Positions 41,038 to 49,809 of a stretch of DNA of 64,000 nucleotides are shown here, piece after piece. The DNA is from Angustibacter luteus (GTDB lineage: Bacteria; Actinomycetota; Actinomycetes; Actinomycetales; Angustibacteraceae). Location: NCBI RefSeq assembly GCF_039541115.1, contig NZ_BAABFP010000002.1:806001-870000 (forward strand). Reading direction: 5' to 3'. Positions within the stretch are counted from its first letter, which is position 1; each line of letters begins with the position of its first letter. The notes below the pieces were generated by a model. It was not told where the DNA came from and searched no databases. It saw only the letters and a list, made by a program, of their open reading frames with translations. The translations under genes and the position numbers were made by a program.

Positions 41038-42354
41038 ATGGATGAGAACCAGCCCCACGCCGAACCACAGGCCGAACCACAGGCCGCCCCACCGCCGCCG
41101 AGCGGACCCACCAGCAGCTCCACCAGCGACCAGATCCTGGACCAGCTGCGTGGCCTGCGCCGCAGCACCGACGACAAGGTGATCGCCGGTGTCGCCGGCG
41201 GGCTCGGTCGCAGCCTCGGGATCGACCCGCTGCTGCTGCGCGTGGTGCTCGCCGTGCTCGTGCTGTTCGGCGGCTCGGGGATCGTGCTCTACGCCCTGGC
41301 GTGGCTGCTGGTCCCGCAGGACGACGGAACCCCCTCCGTCGGGCAGCAGGCACTGGACCGTCCGCGGTTCCGGCCGTCGGGCTCGACGGTGTGGCTGGCG
41401 ATCATCCTCGTCGTCGCCGTCTCGATCGGCGTCGTCGGTGCCTTCTCCCAGTGGCACGGACCGGTCCTGCTGACGCTCGCGGTCGTCGCTCTGCTCGTGC
41501 TGCTGCTGCGCCAGGACGACCGGACGTCGCGGGCCGCGAACGCCCCGGCGCCGGAGTACGCCCCGGCGGCCGCGCCGACGTACGCCGCCGCTGCGGCACC
41601 GACGTACGCTGCGACCGCGGCACCGACGTACGCCGCCCCCACGACGGCGATGCCGACGGCCGGCGCGCCGGTCCCCCCGCAGCCGCCGACCTGGGCCGCG
41701 CCGGTACCGCCGCCACCGCCCCTGCCGCCCCGGCCGCCGAAGCCGCGCTCGCACCTGTTCGGCATCACGTTCAGCCTCGGCCTGATCGCACTCGGCGTGC
41801 TCGGCGCGGCGGACCTGTACGGCGCGGACGTGCCGACCGGTGCCTACCCGGCGCTGGCCCTCGGGATCGTCGGCCTGGGGCTGCTCGTCGGCGCCTGGTT
41901 CGGCCGGGCCCGCGGGCTGATCTTCTGGGGCATCCTGCTGGTCCCGGTGATGCTGGTCGCGACCATCGCCGGTGAGGCGAGGAGCATCAGCCACCGCGCG
42001 GTCGACAAGAACGTGGTCGTCACGCAGGTCGACCAGCTGCCCTCGGACGACCGGTACGGCGCAGGCCAGGTCGAGTACGACCTGACCGGCCTGGACCTGA
42101 CCGGTCAGACCGCGAGCATGGGCGCCCAGATGGGCTTCGGCGAGATCGTCGTGACCGTGCCGCGCACGATGGACGTGCACCTCACCAGCCGCGTCGGCGT
42201 CGGCGGCCTGACGCTCTTCGGTCAGGAGAGCGGCGGCGTGAACGAGCGCATCGTGCGCGTCGACAACGGCCCGGACGGCGTCGGCGGCGGGCAGCTCGAC
42301 CTCGACCTGTATGCGGGATTCGGACACCTGGAGGTGCGTCGTGCGACGTCATGA
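41038..42354 (+). CDS. PspC-domain membrane protein with C-terminal LiaF-like domain
   Basis: RRSTDDKVIAGVAGGLG, LYALAWLLVP; C-terminal G.VEYDLT, GEIVVTVP. Confidence 0.88.
   Translation: MDENQPHAEPQAEPQAAPPPPSGPTSSSTSDQILDQLRGLRRSTDDKVIAGVAGGLGRSLGIDPLLLRVVLAVLVLFGGSGIVLYALAWLLVPQDDGTPSVGQQALDRPRFRPSGSTVWLAIILVVAVSIGVVGAFSQWHGPVLLTLAVVALLVLLLRQDDRTSRAANAPAPEYAPAAAPTYAAAAAPTYAATAAPTYAAPTTAMPTAGAPVPPQPPTWAAPVPPPPPLPPRPPKPRSHLFGITFSLGLIALGVLGAADLYGADVPTGAYPALALGIVGLGLLVGAWFGRARGLIFWGILLVPVMLVATIAGEARSISHRAVDKNVVVTQVDQLPSDDRYGAGQVEYDLTGLDLTGQTASMGAQMGFGEIVVTVPRTMDVHLTSRVGVGGLTLFGQESGGVNERIVRVDNGPDGVGGGQLDLDLYAGFGHLEVRRATS
41548..41643 (+). repeat. Four imperfect 24-bp tandem repeats encoding (APxYAxxx)4
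   Basis: gcgccggagtacgccccggcggcc / gcgccgacgtacgccgccgctgcg / gcaccgacgtacgctgcgaccgcg / gcaccgacgtacgccgcccccacg. Confidence 0.8.
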
Positions 42355-42613
42355 CACGGATGTGACCAGCCTGGTCTTCGGCCTGATCTTCGTCGGGGTG
42401 GTGGGGCTGTGGGCGCTGGTCGCCAGCGACACGATGGGCCTGCCGGACCTGTCGGTGCTCGGCCCGGCCGTCCTGGTCGTGGCCGGCTTCATCGGCCTGG
42501 CGGCCACGCTGGGCAAGAGCGGCAAGTCGCGCGGTCCGGGGCAGGCCCAGGCCGAGCCGGCCGAGGAGCCGGACCTCCTGCTCGAGCCGGAGCCCGAGGA
42601 CGAGAAGGCCTAG
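42341..42613 (+). CDS. Small 2-TM protein of the pspC operon
   Basis: RRHDTDVTSLVFGLIF; RBS GGAGG; overlaps the upstream stop. Confidence 0.8.
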   Translation: MRRHDTDVTSLVFGLIFVGVVGLWALVASDTMGLPDLSVLGPAVLVVAGFIGLAATLGKSGKSRGPGQAQAEPAEEPDLLLEPEPEDEKA

Positions 42614-42620
42614 TCGGCCT

Positions 42621-42684
42621 GTGCACCAGTGGGTGCGGCGAGGTGGTCGTGATCGCGACCACCTCGCCGCACCCACTCATGCAC
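42621..42684. repeat. Near-perfect palindrome with 22-bp arms between convergent genes
   Basis: agtgggtgcggcgaggtggtcg (42628-42649) / cgaccacctcgccgcacccact (42656-42677). Confidence 0.85.
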
Positions 42685-42687
42685 CTC

Positions 42688-43641
42688 CTAGCTCGTCCAG
42701 ACCCGCGCGTCCGGACCCTTCGGCACGATGCCGGTCGGGTTGATGGTGTCGTGCGTGACGTAGTAGTGGCGCTTGATGTGGTCGAAGTCCACCGTCTCAC
42801 CGAAACCGGGCTGCGAGAACAGGTCCCGGGCGTAGCGCCACAGGTTCGGCAGCTCGGTGAGCTTGACCCGGTTGCACTTGAAGTGACCGTGGTAGACCGC
42901 GTCGAAGCGCACCAGCGTGGTGAACAGCCGGACGTCGACCTCGCGGATCTCCTCGCCCATCAGGTAGCGCCGGTCGGCCAGCCGGGTTTCGAGCACGTCG
43001 AGCCGCGCGAACAACCGGTCGAACGACGCCTCGTACGCTTCCTGCGAGGTCGCGAAGCCGCACCGGTACACGCCGTTGTTGACGTCGGCGAAGACCTGCT
43101 GGATGAGCTCGTCCATCTCGGCGCGCTCGTCCTGCGGGTAGAGGGACGGCGCGTCCGGCCGGTGCAGCGCCGTCCACTCCGTCGACAGGTCCAGGGTGAT
43201 CTGCGGGTAGTCGTTGGTGACGACCAGACCCGTTGCGGTGTCGACGATGCACGGCACGGTGACCCGGCCCTCGTACGACGGGTCGGTGCGCAGGTAAGCC
43301 TCGCTGAGGTACTCGATGTCGAGCCGCGGGTCGCGGTGCGCGTCGTCCAGCCAGAAGCGCCACCCGCGCTCGTCCCGGATCGGGTCGACAACGGCCAGGC
43401 TGATCGCGTCCTGCAGTCCGAGCAGCTCGCGCACGATGATCGACCGGTGCGCCCACGGGCAGGCCAGCGAGACGACCAACCGGTACCGGCCCGGCTCGAC
43501 CGGCCACCGCCCCTGCGCGTCCGGCCCGTCGCCCGGCGCGCTGTCGCTGTCCGCTGCGATGCGGCCGGTGAAGCGGTTCGGCTGGCGCTTGAACTCGCCG
43601 CTCGTGCCGGTCTCGGCGGTGAACTGTCCGGTGGTCGTCAT
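42688..43641 (-). CDS. Glutathionyl-hydroquinone reductase-like GST (YqjG / Xi class)
   Basis: ACPWAHR, VTVP, NNGVYRCGFA, RFDAVYHGHFKCN. Confidence 0.93.
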   Translation of the reverse strand: MTTTGQFTAETGTSGEFKRQPNRFTGRIAADSDSAPGDGPDAQGRWPVEPGRYRLVVSLACPWAHRSIIVRELLGLQDAISLAVVDPIRDERGWRFWLDDAHRDPRLDIEYLSEAYLRTDPSYEGRVTVPCIVDTATGLVVTNDYPQITLDLSTEWTALHRPDAPSLYPQDERAEMDELIQQVFADVNNGVYRCGFATSQEAYEASFDRLFARLDVLETRLADRRYLMGEEIREVDVRLFTTLVRFDAVYHGHFKCNRVKLTELPNLWRYARDLFSQPGFGETVDFDHIKRHYYVTHDTINPTGIVPKGPDARVWTS

Positions 43642-43695
43642 GGCTCGACGGTACGTCCACCCCGCGCCGGCGACCACGGCACCGTGCACCCGGGA

Positions 43696-43769
43696 GTCAG
43701 GGGTTGGCCAGGGTCGGGTGCGGGCTCTCCCTGATGGTCACCGGACGCCGGCCCGGCCACGCTGGAGGC
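43696..43769 (+). promoter_or_regulatory. Putative response-regulator box/promoter, copy 2
   Basis: Same motif set as 40975-41037, with GATGGT 37 nt before the ATG in both. Confidence 0.6.
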
Positions 43770-44003
43770 ATGACACAGAACCTGACCGAGAACCTGACCG
43801 AGAACCCGACCGATGCCACCCAGCCCAAGCGGCTGGTCCGACCGCGAGATGGACGCAAGCTCGGTGGCGTCTGCGCCGGCGTGGCCGACTACACCGGCGT
43901 GGACGTGACCGTCGTCCGGCTCGTCGCCGTCGCGTCCGTGCTGTTCGGCTTCGCCGGCGTCGTCCTGTACGTCGCGGGCGTCATCCTCATGCCGCAGGAG
44001 TGA
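43770..44003 (+). CDS. Stand-alone PspC domain protein
   Basis: KRLVRPRDGRKLGGVCAGVADY, LY...ILMP. Confidence 0.9.
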   Translation: MTQNLTENLTENPTDATQPKRLVRPRDGRKLGGVCAGVADYTGVDVTVVRLVAVASVLFGFAGVVLYVAGVILMPQE

Positions 44004-46125
44004 GCCGCTCGAACGCCGCCAGCACGCGCTCGCGCGTCACGAACCGCCCGCTCCGGGCCTCGTCCGCGGCGCGCAGCGCGCCGAAGGTGCCCAGCACGTG
44101 CTCGAGGTCGGACGTCGTCCAGCCGAGCAGGTGGGCGTGCAGCGCATCGAGGTCGGCCAGGGCGAGCGCCCGGGCCTGCGGCGACGGAACGGGCGGGACG
44201 ACGTCGAGGCCCAGCTCGCCGGCCAGCGGCGCCAGGGCGGCGCACCAGCCCACGGCGTCGGCCAGCCGGCGCAGCGCCCACTCCCCGAGGGTGAGCCCGT
44301 CGGTACCCCGCCAGATCGCCTGGTAGCAGCCAGGTCCGGGGACCGGCAGCTGCTCGACCTTGAACAGGCTCAGGTTGTGCCCGCCCGACTTGGCGCGAGC
44401 CACGTAGTCGATCGGGATCGACGCGAACGCGGCCAGCAGCAGGGGCAGGTCGGGCGACTCGAGGAGCGCCAGCGAGTTCGCGTACGCGCCGGCCGGCACC
44501 GCGACCGGCAGCAGGGTGCGGGCCGTCTTGTCGGTGGACACGATCCGGTAGCCGGCCAGCCAGCCACGGGTCAGCAGGTCGCCGTACCTCGCCTCGACGA
44601 GCTCCGTCGGGACCCACCAGCGGGTCCGCGGCGACCAGCCCGGGTCCGCCAGCTCGTCCACCGTCGGCGGACGGACCCGCCCGCCGTCCCAGGTCGCGGC
44701 GCGCGGGTCCAGCAGCCCGGCCAGCTTGGCCTCGCCGAGCGGCAGCAACCCAGCCCCCGCGGCGGTGCGTACGTGCCGGGCCTCGCGGCTCAGGTGGATC
44801 GGGGTGCGCGCCCGGAACCCCCAGCGGCCGTGGACGACGTCACCCGCGCGGTCGCGCTCCAGCAGCACGCCGAAGCGTTCGTGCGCCGCGGCGACCAAGG
44901 CAGCATCCCGACCGGAGCGGAACAGGACGGCGGTCCCCGACCCCGGGTTCACCCGGCGCACGAGGTCGGCGGTGAGCCGCCACGAACGGGCTCGCTCGAC
45001 CTGCGGGTCCCGGGCGTCAGCCACCCGGGTCAGCACCTCGGCTCCCGTGGTCTTGGAGGCGCCGGACCCGTTGCGGCGCAGCGTGATCAGCGCGGCACGC
45101 ACCCCGGGGGCGCCGACGAAGCCGGCCCGGTCGGCCAGCGTGTGCACCGAGACGAGCGCGTCCGCGTCCAGCAGCGCGCGCACCAGCGCGCCGGCCTGAC
45201 GGTCGGTGACCGCCCCCTCGGGGACGAGCAGGGCCGCGGTGCCGCCGTCGGCGAGCAGCCGCCAGCAGGTCTCCAGGAACGGCAGGTGCGCGTTCAGGTC
45301 GCCGGACCCGGTGAGCGGGTGCCGCCCGCCTTCGCGGACGGCGCGCACCCGGTCTCGGACGTACCCGCGCTGGACGTCGAGGTCGTCACCCTGGTGCTCG
45401 GCCCGCGGCACCTTCAGCCGCTCCCACGGCGGGTTGGCCAGGACCACGTCGAAGCCGCCGGACCAGCCGGTCACCGGGTCGCGCGGACCGGGCCGGGCCA
45501 GCACCTCGGTGAACGTCGTCCGCCAAGTCATCGCCGGGGTGTCCACGAGCGCGTCCCCCACGACGATCCGGTGCGCCACGTCCGCCAGCAGGTCCGCCCA
45601 GGTGGCCGGGTCGGCGCCGCCCCGGACGGCGCCAGCCACGACCGCGGCCCGGGCCAGCGCGACCGCGGTCGGGTCGACGTCCACCCCGTGCAGGCAGCGC
45701 ACGGCCGTGTCCGGGGCGAGGCCCTGCCCGACCAGCCGGTCCAACGCGACGAGCAGCAGCGCACCCGCACCGCAGGCCGGGTCCAGCACCGCCGGAGGGT
45801 TCGCACGCGGCGTCGGCAGCGCCCGGTCGGCCAGCGCCGCGGCGAGCTGCGGCGGCGTCGCGAAGGCGCCCAGCCGGCGCCGTCCGTGCTTCGCGACCCG
45901 CTGCCACCGCACGCCGCCGTCCCCACCACCGACGCGGACGGGCGCGAGCTCGAGCAGCTGGTCGTAGCGACCGGCGAGCGCCAGCACGTCGGCGCCGTGA
46001 CGGGCCAGGACGGCGCGGTCCAGCTCGGCGAGCACGCTGGCTCGCCGCCACGCGTCGCCGTCCGGACCGGCCGGCTCCACCCGGGTGGCGGCGGCCTCCA
46101 GCCGGCCCAGCAGAGCGTCGTCCAC
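43987..46125 (-). CDS. Orphan amino (N6-adenine-type) DNA methyltransferase, Eco57I/type IIG MTase-TRD-like
   Basis: GAFATPP, VLDPACGAG, GVDVDP, VGDAL, GGFDVVLANPPW. Confidence 0.85.
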   Translation of the reverse strand: MDDALLGRLEAAATRVEPAGPDGDAWRRASVLAELDRAVLARHGADVLALAGRYDQLLELAPVRVGGGDGGVRWQRVAKHGRRRLGAFATPPQLAAALADRALPTPRANPPAVLDPACGAGALLLVALDRLVGQGLAPDTAVRCLHGVDVDPTAVALARAAVVAGAVRGGADPATWADLLADVAHRIVVGDALVDTPAMTWRTTFTEVLARPGPRDPVTGWSGGFDVVLANPPWERLKVPRAEHQGDDLDVQRGYVRDRVRAVREGGRHPLTGSGDLNAHLPFLETCWRLLADGGTAALLVPEGAVTDRQAGALVRALLDADALVSVHTLADRAGFVGAPGVRAALITLRRNGSGASKTTGAEVLTRVADARDPQVERARSWRLTADLVRRVNPGSGTAVLFRSGRDAALVAAAHERFGVLLERDRAGDVVHGRWGFRARTPIHLSREARHVRTAAGAGLLPLGEAKLAGLLDPRAATWDGGRVRPPTVDELADPGWSPRTRWWVPTELVEARYGDLLTRGWLAGYRIVSTDKTARTLLPVAVPAGAYANSLALLESPDLPLLLAAFASIPIDYVARAKSGGHNLSLFKVEQLPVPGPGCYQAIWRGTDGLTLGEWALRRLADAVGWCAALAPLAGELGLDVVPPVPSPQARALALADLDALHAHLLGWTTSDLEHVLGTFGALRAADEARSGRFVTRERVLAAFERLTPAA

Positions 46126-46134
46126 CGCCGCTCC

Positions 46135-46623
46135 TCAGGTGGGGGGGAGACCGAGCAGCCGGCCGATCCAGAACCTGGCGCGGTCGCCCAGGTCGAGGGT
46201 CGGCAGGTCGGCGAGGTCGACCCAGCGGGCGTCCGACGTGCTGCCGCCGACGTCCAGGACCCGCGGCTCCAGCACGCGCTCCACCTGCCCGGAGTAGACG
46301 ACCTGGATGCCGTGGAAGTCCTCGAGCCGGCCGCTGGGCGCGCGTCCGGTGAACCGGTGCGACCCGACGTCCAGCAGGCGGACGTCACGGAGCCGGTGCC
46401 CCGTCTCCTCGTAGACCTCGCGGACGACCGCGTCCAGCGGCGCCTCGCCGTGGTCGATGCCGCCACCCGGCAGGACCCAGCGTCCCGGCGCCGGCGTCCG
46501 CTCGGACAGCTGGGTCAGCAGGAGCCGGCCGGTCGCCAGCACGATGGCGTACGCGGCCACCCGCTGCATCGGGACGGGCTGCTCCGCGTCACCGGTGTGA
46601 CCCGCGCCATGACCACCGCTCAC
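46135..46623 (-). CDS. NUDIX hydrolase
   Basis: PGGGIDHGE...AVVREVYEETG; start uncertain. Confidence 0.9.
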   Translation of the reverse strand: MSGGHGAGHTGDAEQPVPMQRVAAYAIVLATGRLLLTQLSERTPAPGRWVLPGGGIDHGEAPLDAVVREVYEETGHRLRDVRLLDVGSHRFTGRAPSGRLEDFHGIQVVYSGQVERVLEPRVLDVGGSTSDARWVDLADLPTLDLGDRARFWIGRLLGLPPT

Positions 46624-46656
46624 TCGGGCGACCCTAGCCGTCCGTAGGCTGGGGTG

Positions 46657-47169
46657 ATGGCTGCCGCTCCGGTGCACTCACGCCCGGTCTACCTGCTGGC
46701 GCTGCGGATCTTCCGCAGGCTGCCGGCTCCCGTACGCCGCTCCTTGGTGCGGGCCGGTACGCCGAACTTCACCGTGGGCGCGGTGTGCCTGCTCCAGCGG
46801 GGCGACACGCTGCTCATGCTGCGCCAGCCGCACCGGGTGGGTTGGAGTCTGCCCGGCGGTCTGCTGGACCGTGGTGAGTCGGCGGCGGTGGCGGTGGTCC
46901 GCGAGGTGCGCGAGGAGCTGGGCCTGACCATCGAGGTGGGCCGTCCCGTCACCGTCGTGGTGGACTCCCCGCTGCGCCGGGTGGACGTCATCTTCCAGGT
47001 GCAGGTGGAGGGTGAGGTGAGCGAGGAGGTCGGCGGCGAGGCCACCACCGCCCGCTGGCTGCGCCCGCAGGACGTGGACGAGATGGACGCCCCTACTCGG
47101 CAGATCCTGGACGCGGCCCGCGCCGTCGCCCAGCCGGACGGGTACGCCGGGCGCGTCGTCCTGCCATGA
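46657..47169 (+). CDS. NUDIX hydrolase
   Basis: LPGGLLDRGE...AVVREVREELG. Confidence 0.9.
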   Translation: MAAAPVHSRPVYLLALRIFRRLPAPVRRSLVRAGTPNFTVGAVCLLQRGDTLLMLRQPHRVGWSLPGGLLDRGESAAVAVVREVREELGLTIEVGRPVTVVVDSPLRRVDVIFQVQVEGEVSEEVGGEATTARWLRPQDVDEMDAPTRQILDAARAVAQPDGYAGRVVLP

Positions 47170-47963
47170 CCGGCTCGCTGGCCGCCGTCGCCCTCGCCGC
47201 GGGTCGTGGCGAGCGGATGCGGCCGTTGACCGACACGGTGCCGAAGGTGCTGATGCCGTTGGGGCACACCACCTTGCTGGACCTGGCGCTCGACCGGCTG
47301 GCCGGCGAGGCGGTCGCGCCGGACTGGGTGGCGGTGAACGCGCACTACCTGGCCGACCAGGTCCGCGCCCGGGTCGGCAACCGGGCGACGGTGTCGCGCG
47401 AGCGACCCGAGGCGCTCGGCACGGCGGGTGCGCTCGGCCGGTTGCGCCCGTGGCTGGACGGCCGCGACGTCCTGCTGACGAACGCCGACGTCTACCAGCC
47501 GGGCGACCTGAGCCGGCTGACGGAGGGGTGGGACGGCGAGCGCTGCCGGCTGCTCGTCGCGGACGCGCTGCCCGGACGCCGGGCCGACTTCCGGACGTCG
47601 GACGGCGCCCAGGTGCGGTACGTCGGCTCGTGCCTGCTGCCGTGGTCCGCGGTGCACGAGCTCGAGGCGCTGCCGAGCGGGCTGTACGAGGTGCTCTGGC
47701 GTGACCTCGATGCCGCGGGGCGGCTGGACCTGGTGCGACTCGACCCGTCGTCCGTCTCGATCGACTGCGGGACGCCGGCCGACTACCTCGCCGCGAACCT
47801 GCACGCCTCGGGTGGTCACAGCGTCGTGGGCGAGGGCGCGGTGGTGCAGGGGTCGGTCGACCGCTGCGTCGTCTGGCCCGGTGCGTGGGTGGGTCCGGAC
47901 GAGCAGCTGCGGGACGTCGTCCGCGCCGGGACGCGCGAGCAGCCGATCACGGTGGCCGGGTAG
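47166..47963 (+). CDS. Sugar-phosphate nucleotidyltransferase family protein
   Basis: LAAGRGERMRPLT..PK, LGTAG, DCGTP.DY. Confidence 0.88.
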   Translation: MTGSLAAVALAAGRGERMRPLTDTVPKVLMPLGHTTLLDLALDRLAGEAVAPDWVAVNAHYLADQVRARVGNRATVSRERPEALGTAGALGRLRPWLDGRDVLLTNADVYQPGDLSRLTEGWDGERCRLLVADALPGRRADFRTSDGAQVRYVGSCLLPWSAVHELEALPSGLYEVLWRDLDAAGRLDLVRLDPSSVSIDCGTPADYLAANLHASGGHSVVGEGAVVQGSVDRCVVWPGAWVGPDEQLRDVVRAGTREQPITVAG

Positions 47964-47978
47964 CGGCAGACCGCGATC

Positions 47979-48023
47979 CGGTCAGGAATCGAGAAGCGGC
48001 CCGGTTTCCCCGGGGCCTAGCCT
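47979..48023 (+). promoter_or_regulatory. Conserved operator/promoter, copy 2 (CGGTCAGGAATCGAGAAGC-N18-CCTAGC)
   Basis: Identical to the 19-mer at 24950, same spacing to the TAGC(C/G)T box. Confidence 0.7.
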
Positions 48024-48081
48024 TTGGGACGGAGGCCAGCAGGACGCTGAGCCCGCGAGTGCGAGAAGGGGAGCGCGCGAG

Positions 48082-48534
48082 ATGCCCACGAAGAAGGCCA
48101 CGACCGAGTCCGACGGCGGCTTCAGCGCCGCCGAGCGCGCCGCGATGAAGGAGCGCGCCGCCGAGCTGCGCGCCGAGGGCAAGAAGGGCGCCAAGAAGGC
48201 CGACGGCCTGCAGGCGGTGCTGGACGCCATCGCCAAGATGGGGCCGGACGACCGTGCGCTCGCCGAGCGGGTGCACGTGGCCGTGACCGCGAACGCCCCG
48301 GAGCTGTCTCCGAAGACCTGGTACGGCATGCCCGCCTACGCGAACGCGGACGACAAGGTCGTGCTGTTCTTCCAGGACTCCGGCAAGTTCAAGTACCGGT
48401 ACTCGACGCTCGGCTTCCAGGACGCGGCGAACCTGGACGACGGCGACCTGTGGCCGACGTCGTACGCGCTGCAGCAGTGGACCCCCAAGGTCGAGAAGCA
48501 GGTCATCGCGCTGGTGAAGGCCGCCCTGTCCTGA
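48082..48534 (+). CDS. DUF1801/YdhG-like protein
   Basis: FSAAERAAMKERAAE, PKTWYGMPAY, RYSTLGF. Confidence 0.85.
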   Translation: MPTKKATTESDGGFSAAERAAMKERAAELRAEGKKGAKKADGLQAVLDAIAKMGPDDRALAERVHVAVTANAPELSPKTWYGMPAYANADDKVVLFFQDSGKFKYRYSTLGFQDAANLDDGDLWPTSYALQQWTPKVEKQVIALVKAALS

Positions 48535-48552
48535 GCGTGACCGAGTGCCCGA

Positions 48553-49809
48553 TCAGGCGACGCTGCGGATCCGGAGCACGAGGATCGAGCCGAGGACGCT
48601 CACCGCCGCCGCCAGCGTGTACAGCGCGGGGTAGCCGAGACCGGCCCCGATCACCAGGGCCGCGATGGCGGGTGCGAGCACCTGGGGCAACGTGTTCGCG
48701 ATGTTGATGACGCCGAGATCCTTCCCCCGGTCGCCCGCCGCGGGCAGCACCTGGGTGATCAGGGCGAAGTCCACCGCGGTGTAGGCGCCGAACCCGATGC
48801 CCAGCACCACGGCGCCGACGTACGCCGCGGTCATGGTGGGCACCAGGGCGAAGAGCTGCAACGCCGCCGCCGTGATCAGGCCCGACCAGATGACGAAGAC
48901 CTTGCGCTTGCCGAGCCGGTCGGACCAGAGCCCGCCGAGGTAGGCGGTGACCACGGTGCACAGCCCGTACACGGCAGTGAGCACGAAGACCGCGTCCTCG
49001 GCCTCGTCGTCGGTCAGCTGGACCGCGTCGGTGAGGTAGTAGAGCAGGTAGAGCACCAGCAGGGCGTTGCCGAGGTTCATCAGGAAGCGGGTGATCCAGG
49101 CCCAGCCGTAGTCCGGATGCTGTCGCGGCGAGACCCAGAACCCGCGCAGGAACGCTCGCCACCGCATCGGGGGGCGCAGCTCGCGCGGCAGTGGGATGTC
49201 CCGCGAGTCGACGGCGTACGGCAGGGTCGTCACGACGAGGACGGCGGCGAGTGTCAGGTAGCCCGCGGCGATGCTGCCCGTGGCCGCGGCGACGCCCGAT
49301 CCCGCGATCACGCCGAGGGTCTGAGCGATCGCGAGCGCGCCGCCGACCACGCCTCGCTCCCGGCTGGGCACCTGGTCCGGGACGACGGCCGTGATCGCGG
49401 CGAGCATGGCGTTGAGCCCGGCCTGGGCGAGCGACCACGCGAGCACCATCGCCGGCACGCTGTCGGCCCGGGCGAGCAGCAGCATCGCCACCGCTCCGCT
49501 GGCGGCACCGCCGACGACCCACGGGAGCCGTCGACCCAGCCGGGACACCGTGCGGTCGGAGAACGCGCCCCACAACGGGTTGAGCACCATCGACACGGTG
49601 GCGCCGACGCCGGTGACCAGGGCGAGCACCGCCTCCTTGTGGTCCGGCGAGACCGCCTCGGCCTGCTGCGCGAGCAGCACCTGGATCGGCCCGAAGAACC
49701 CCGACCAGAGACCGATGCTCGCCAGGACCAGCCAGCCGACCCACAGCCGGGACGGCGAAGCGGTCGGCTCCGCGAGGGCCCGGTCCACCGGTCGGGCCGG
49801 GCTGCTCAC
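48553..49809 (-). CDS. MFS transporter
   Basis: GAFSDRT.SRLGRR.PW, WSDRLGKRK; about 12 TM; coupled to the GH1 gene. Confidence 0.92.
   Translation of the reverse strand: MSSPARPVDRALAEPTASPSRLWVGWLVLASIGLWSGFFGPIQVLLAQQAEAVSPDHKEAVLALVTGVGATVSMVLNPLWGAFSDRTVSRLGRRLPWVVGGAASGAVAMLLLARADSVPAMVLAWSLAQAGLNAMLAAITAVVPDQVPSRERGVVGGALAIAQTLGVIAGSGVAAATGSIAAGYLTLAAVLVVTTLPYAVDSRDIPLPRELRPPMRWRAFLRGFWVSPRQHPDYGWAWITRFLMNLGNALLVLYLLYYLTDAVQLTDDEAEDAVFVLTAVYGLCTVVTAYLGGLWSDRLGKRKVFVIWSGLITAAALQLFALVPTMTAAYVGAVVLGIGFGAYTAVDFALITQVLPAAGDRGKDLGVINIANTLPQVLAPAIAALVIGAGLGYPALYTLAAAVSVLGSILVLRIRSVA

Noticed and set aside
44098..46647. 849-aa ORF antisense to the methyltransferase
   Set aside because: Antisense shadow frame with no recognisable motifs; the minus-strand gene has clear MTase motifs.
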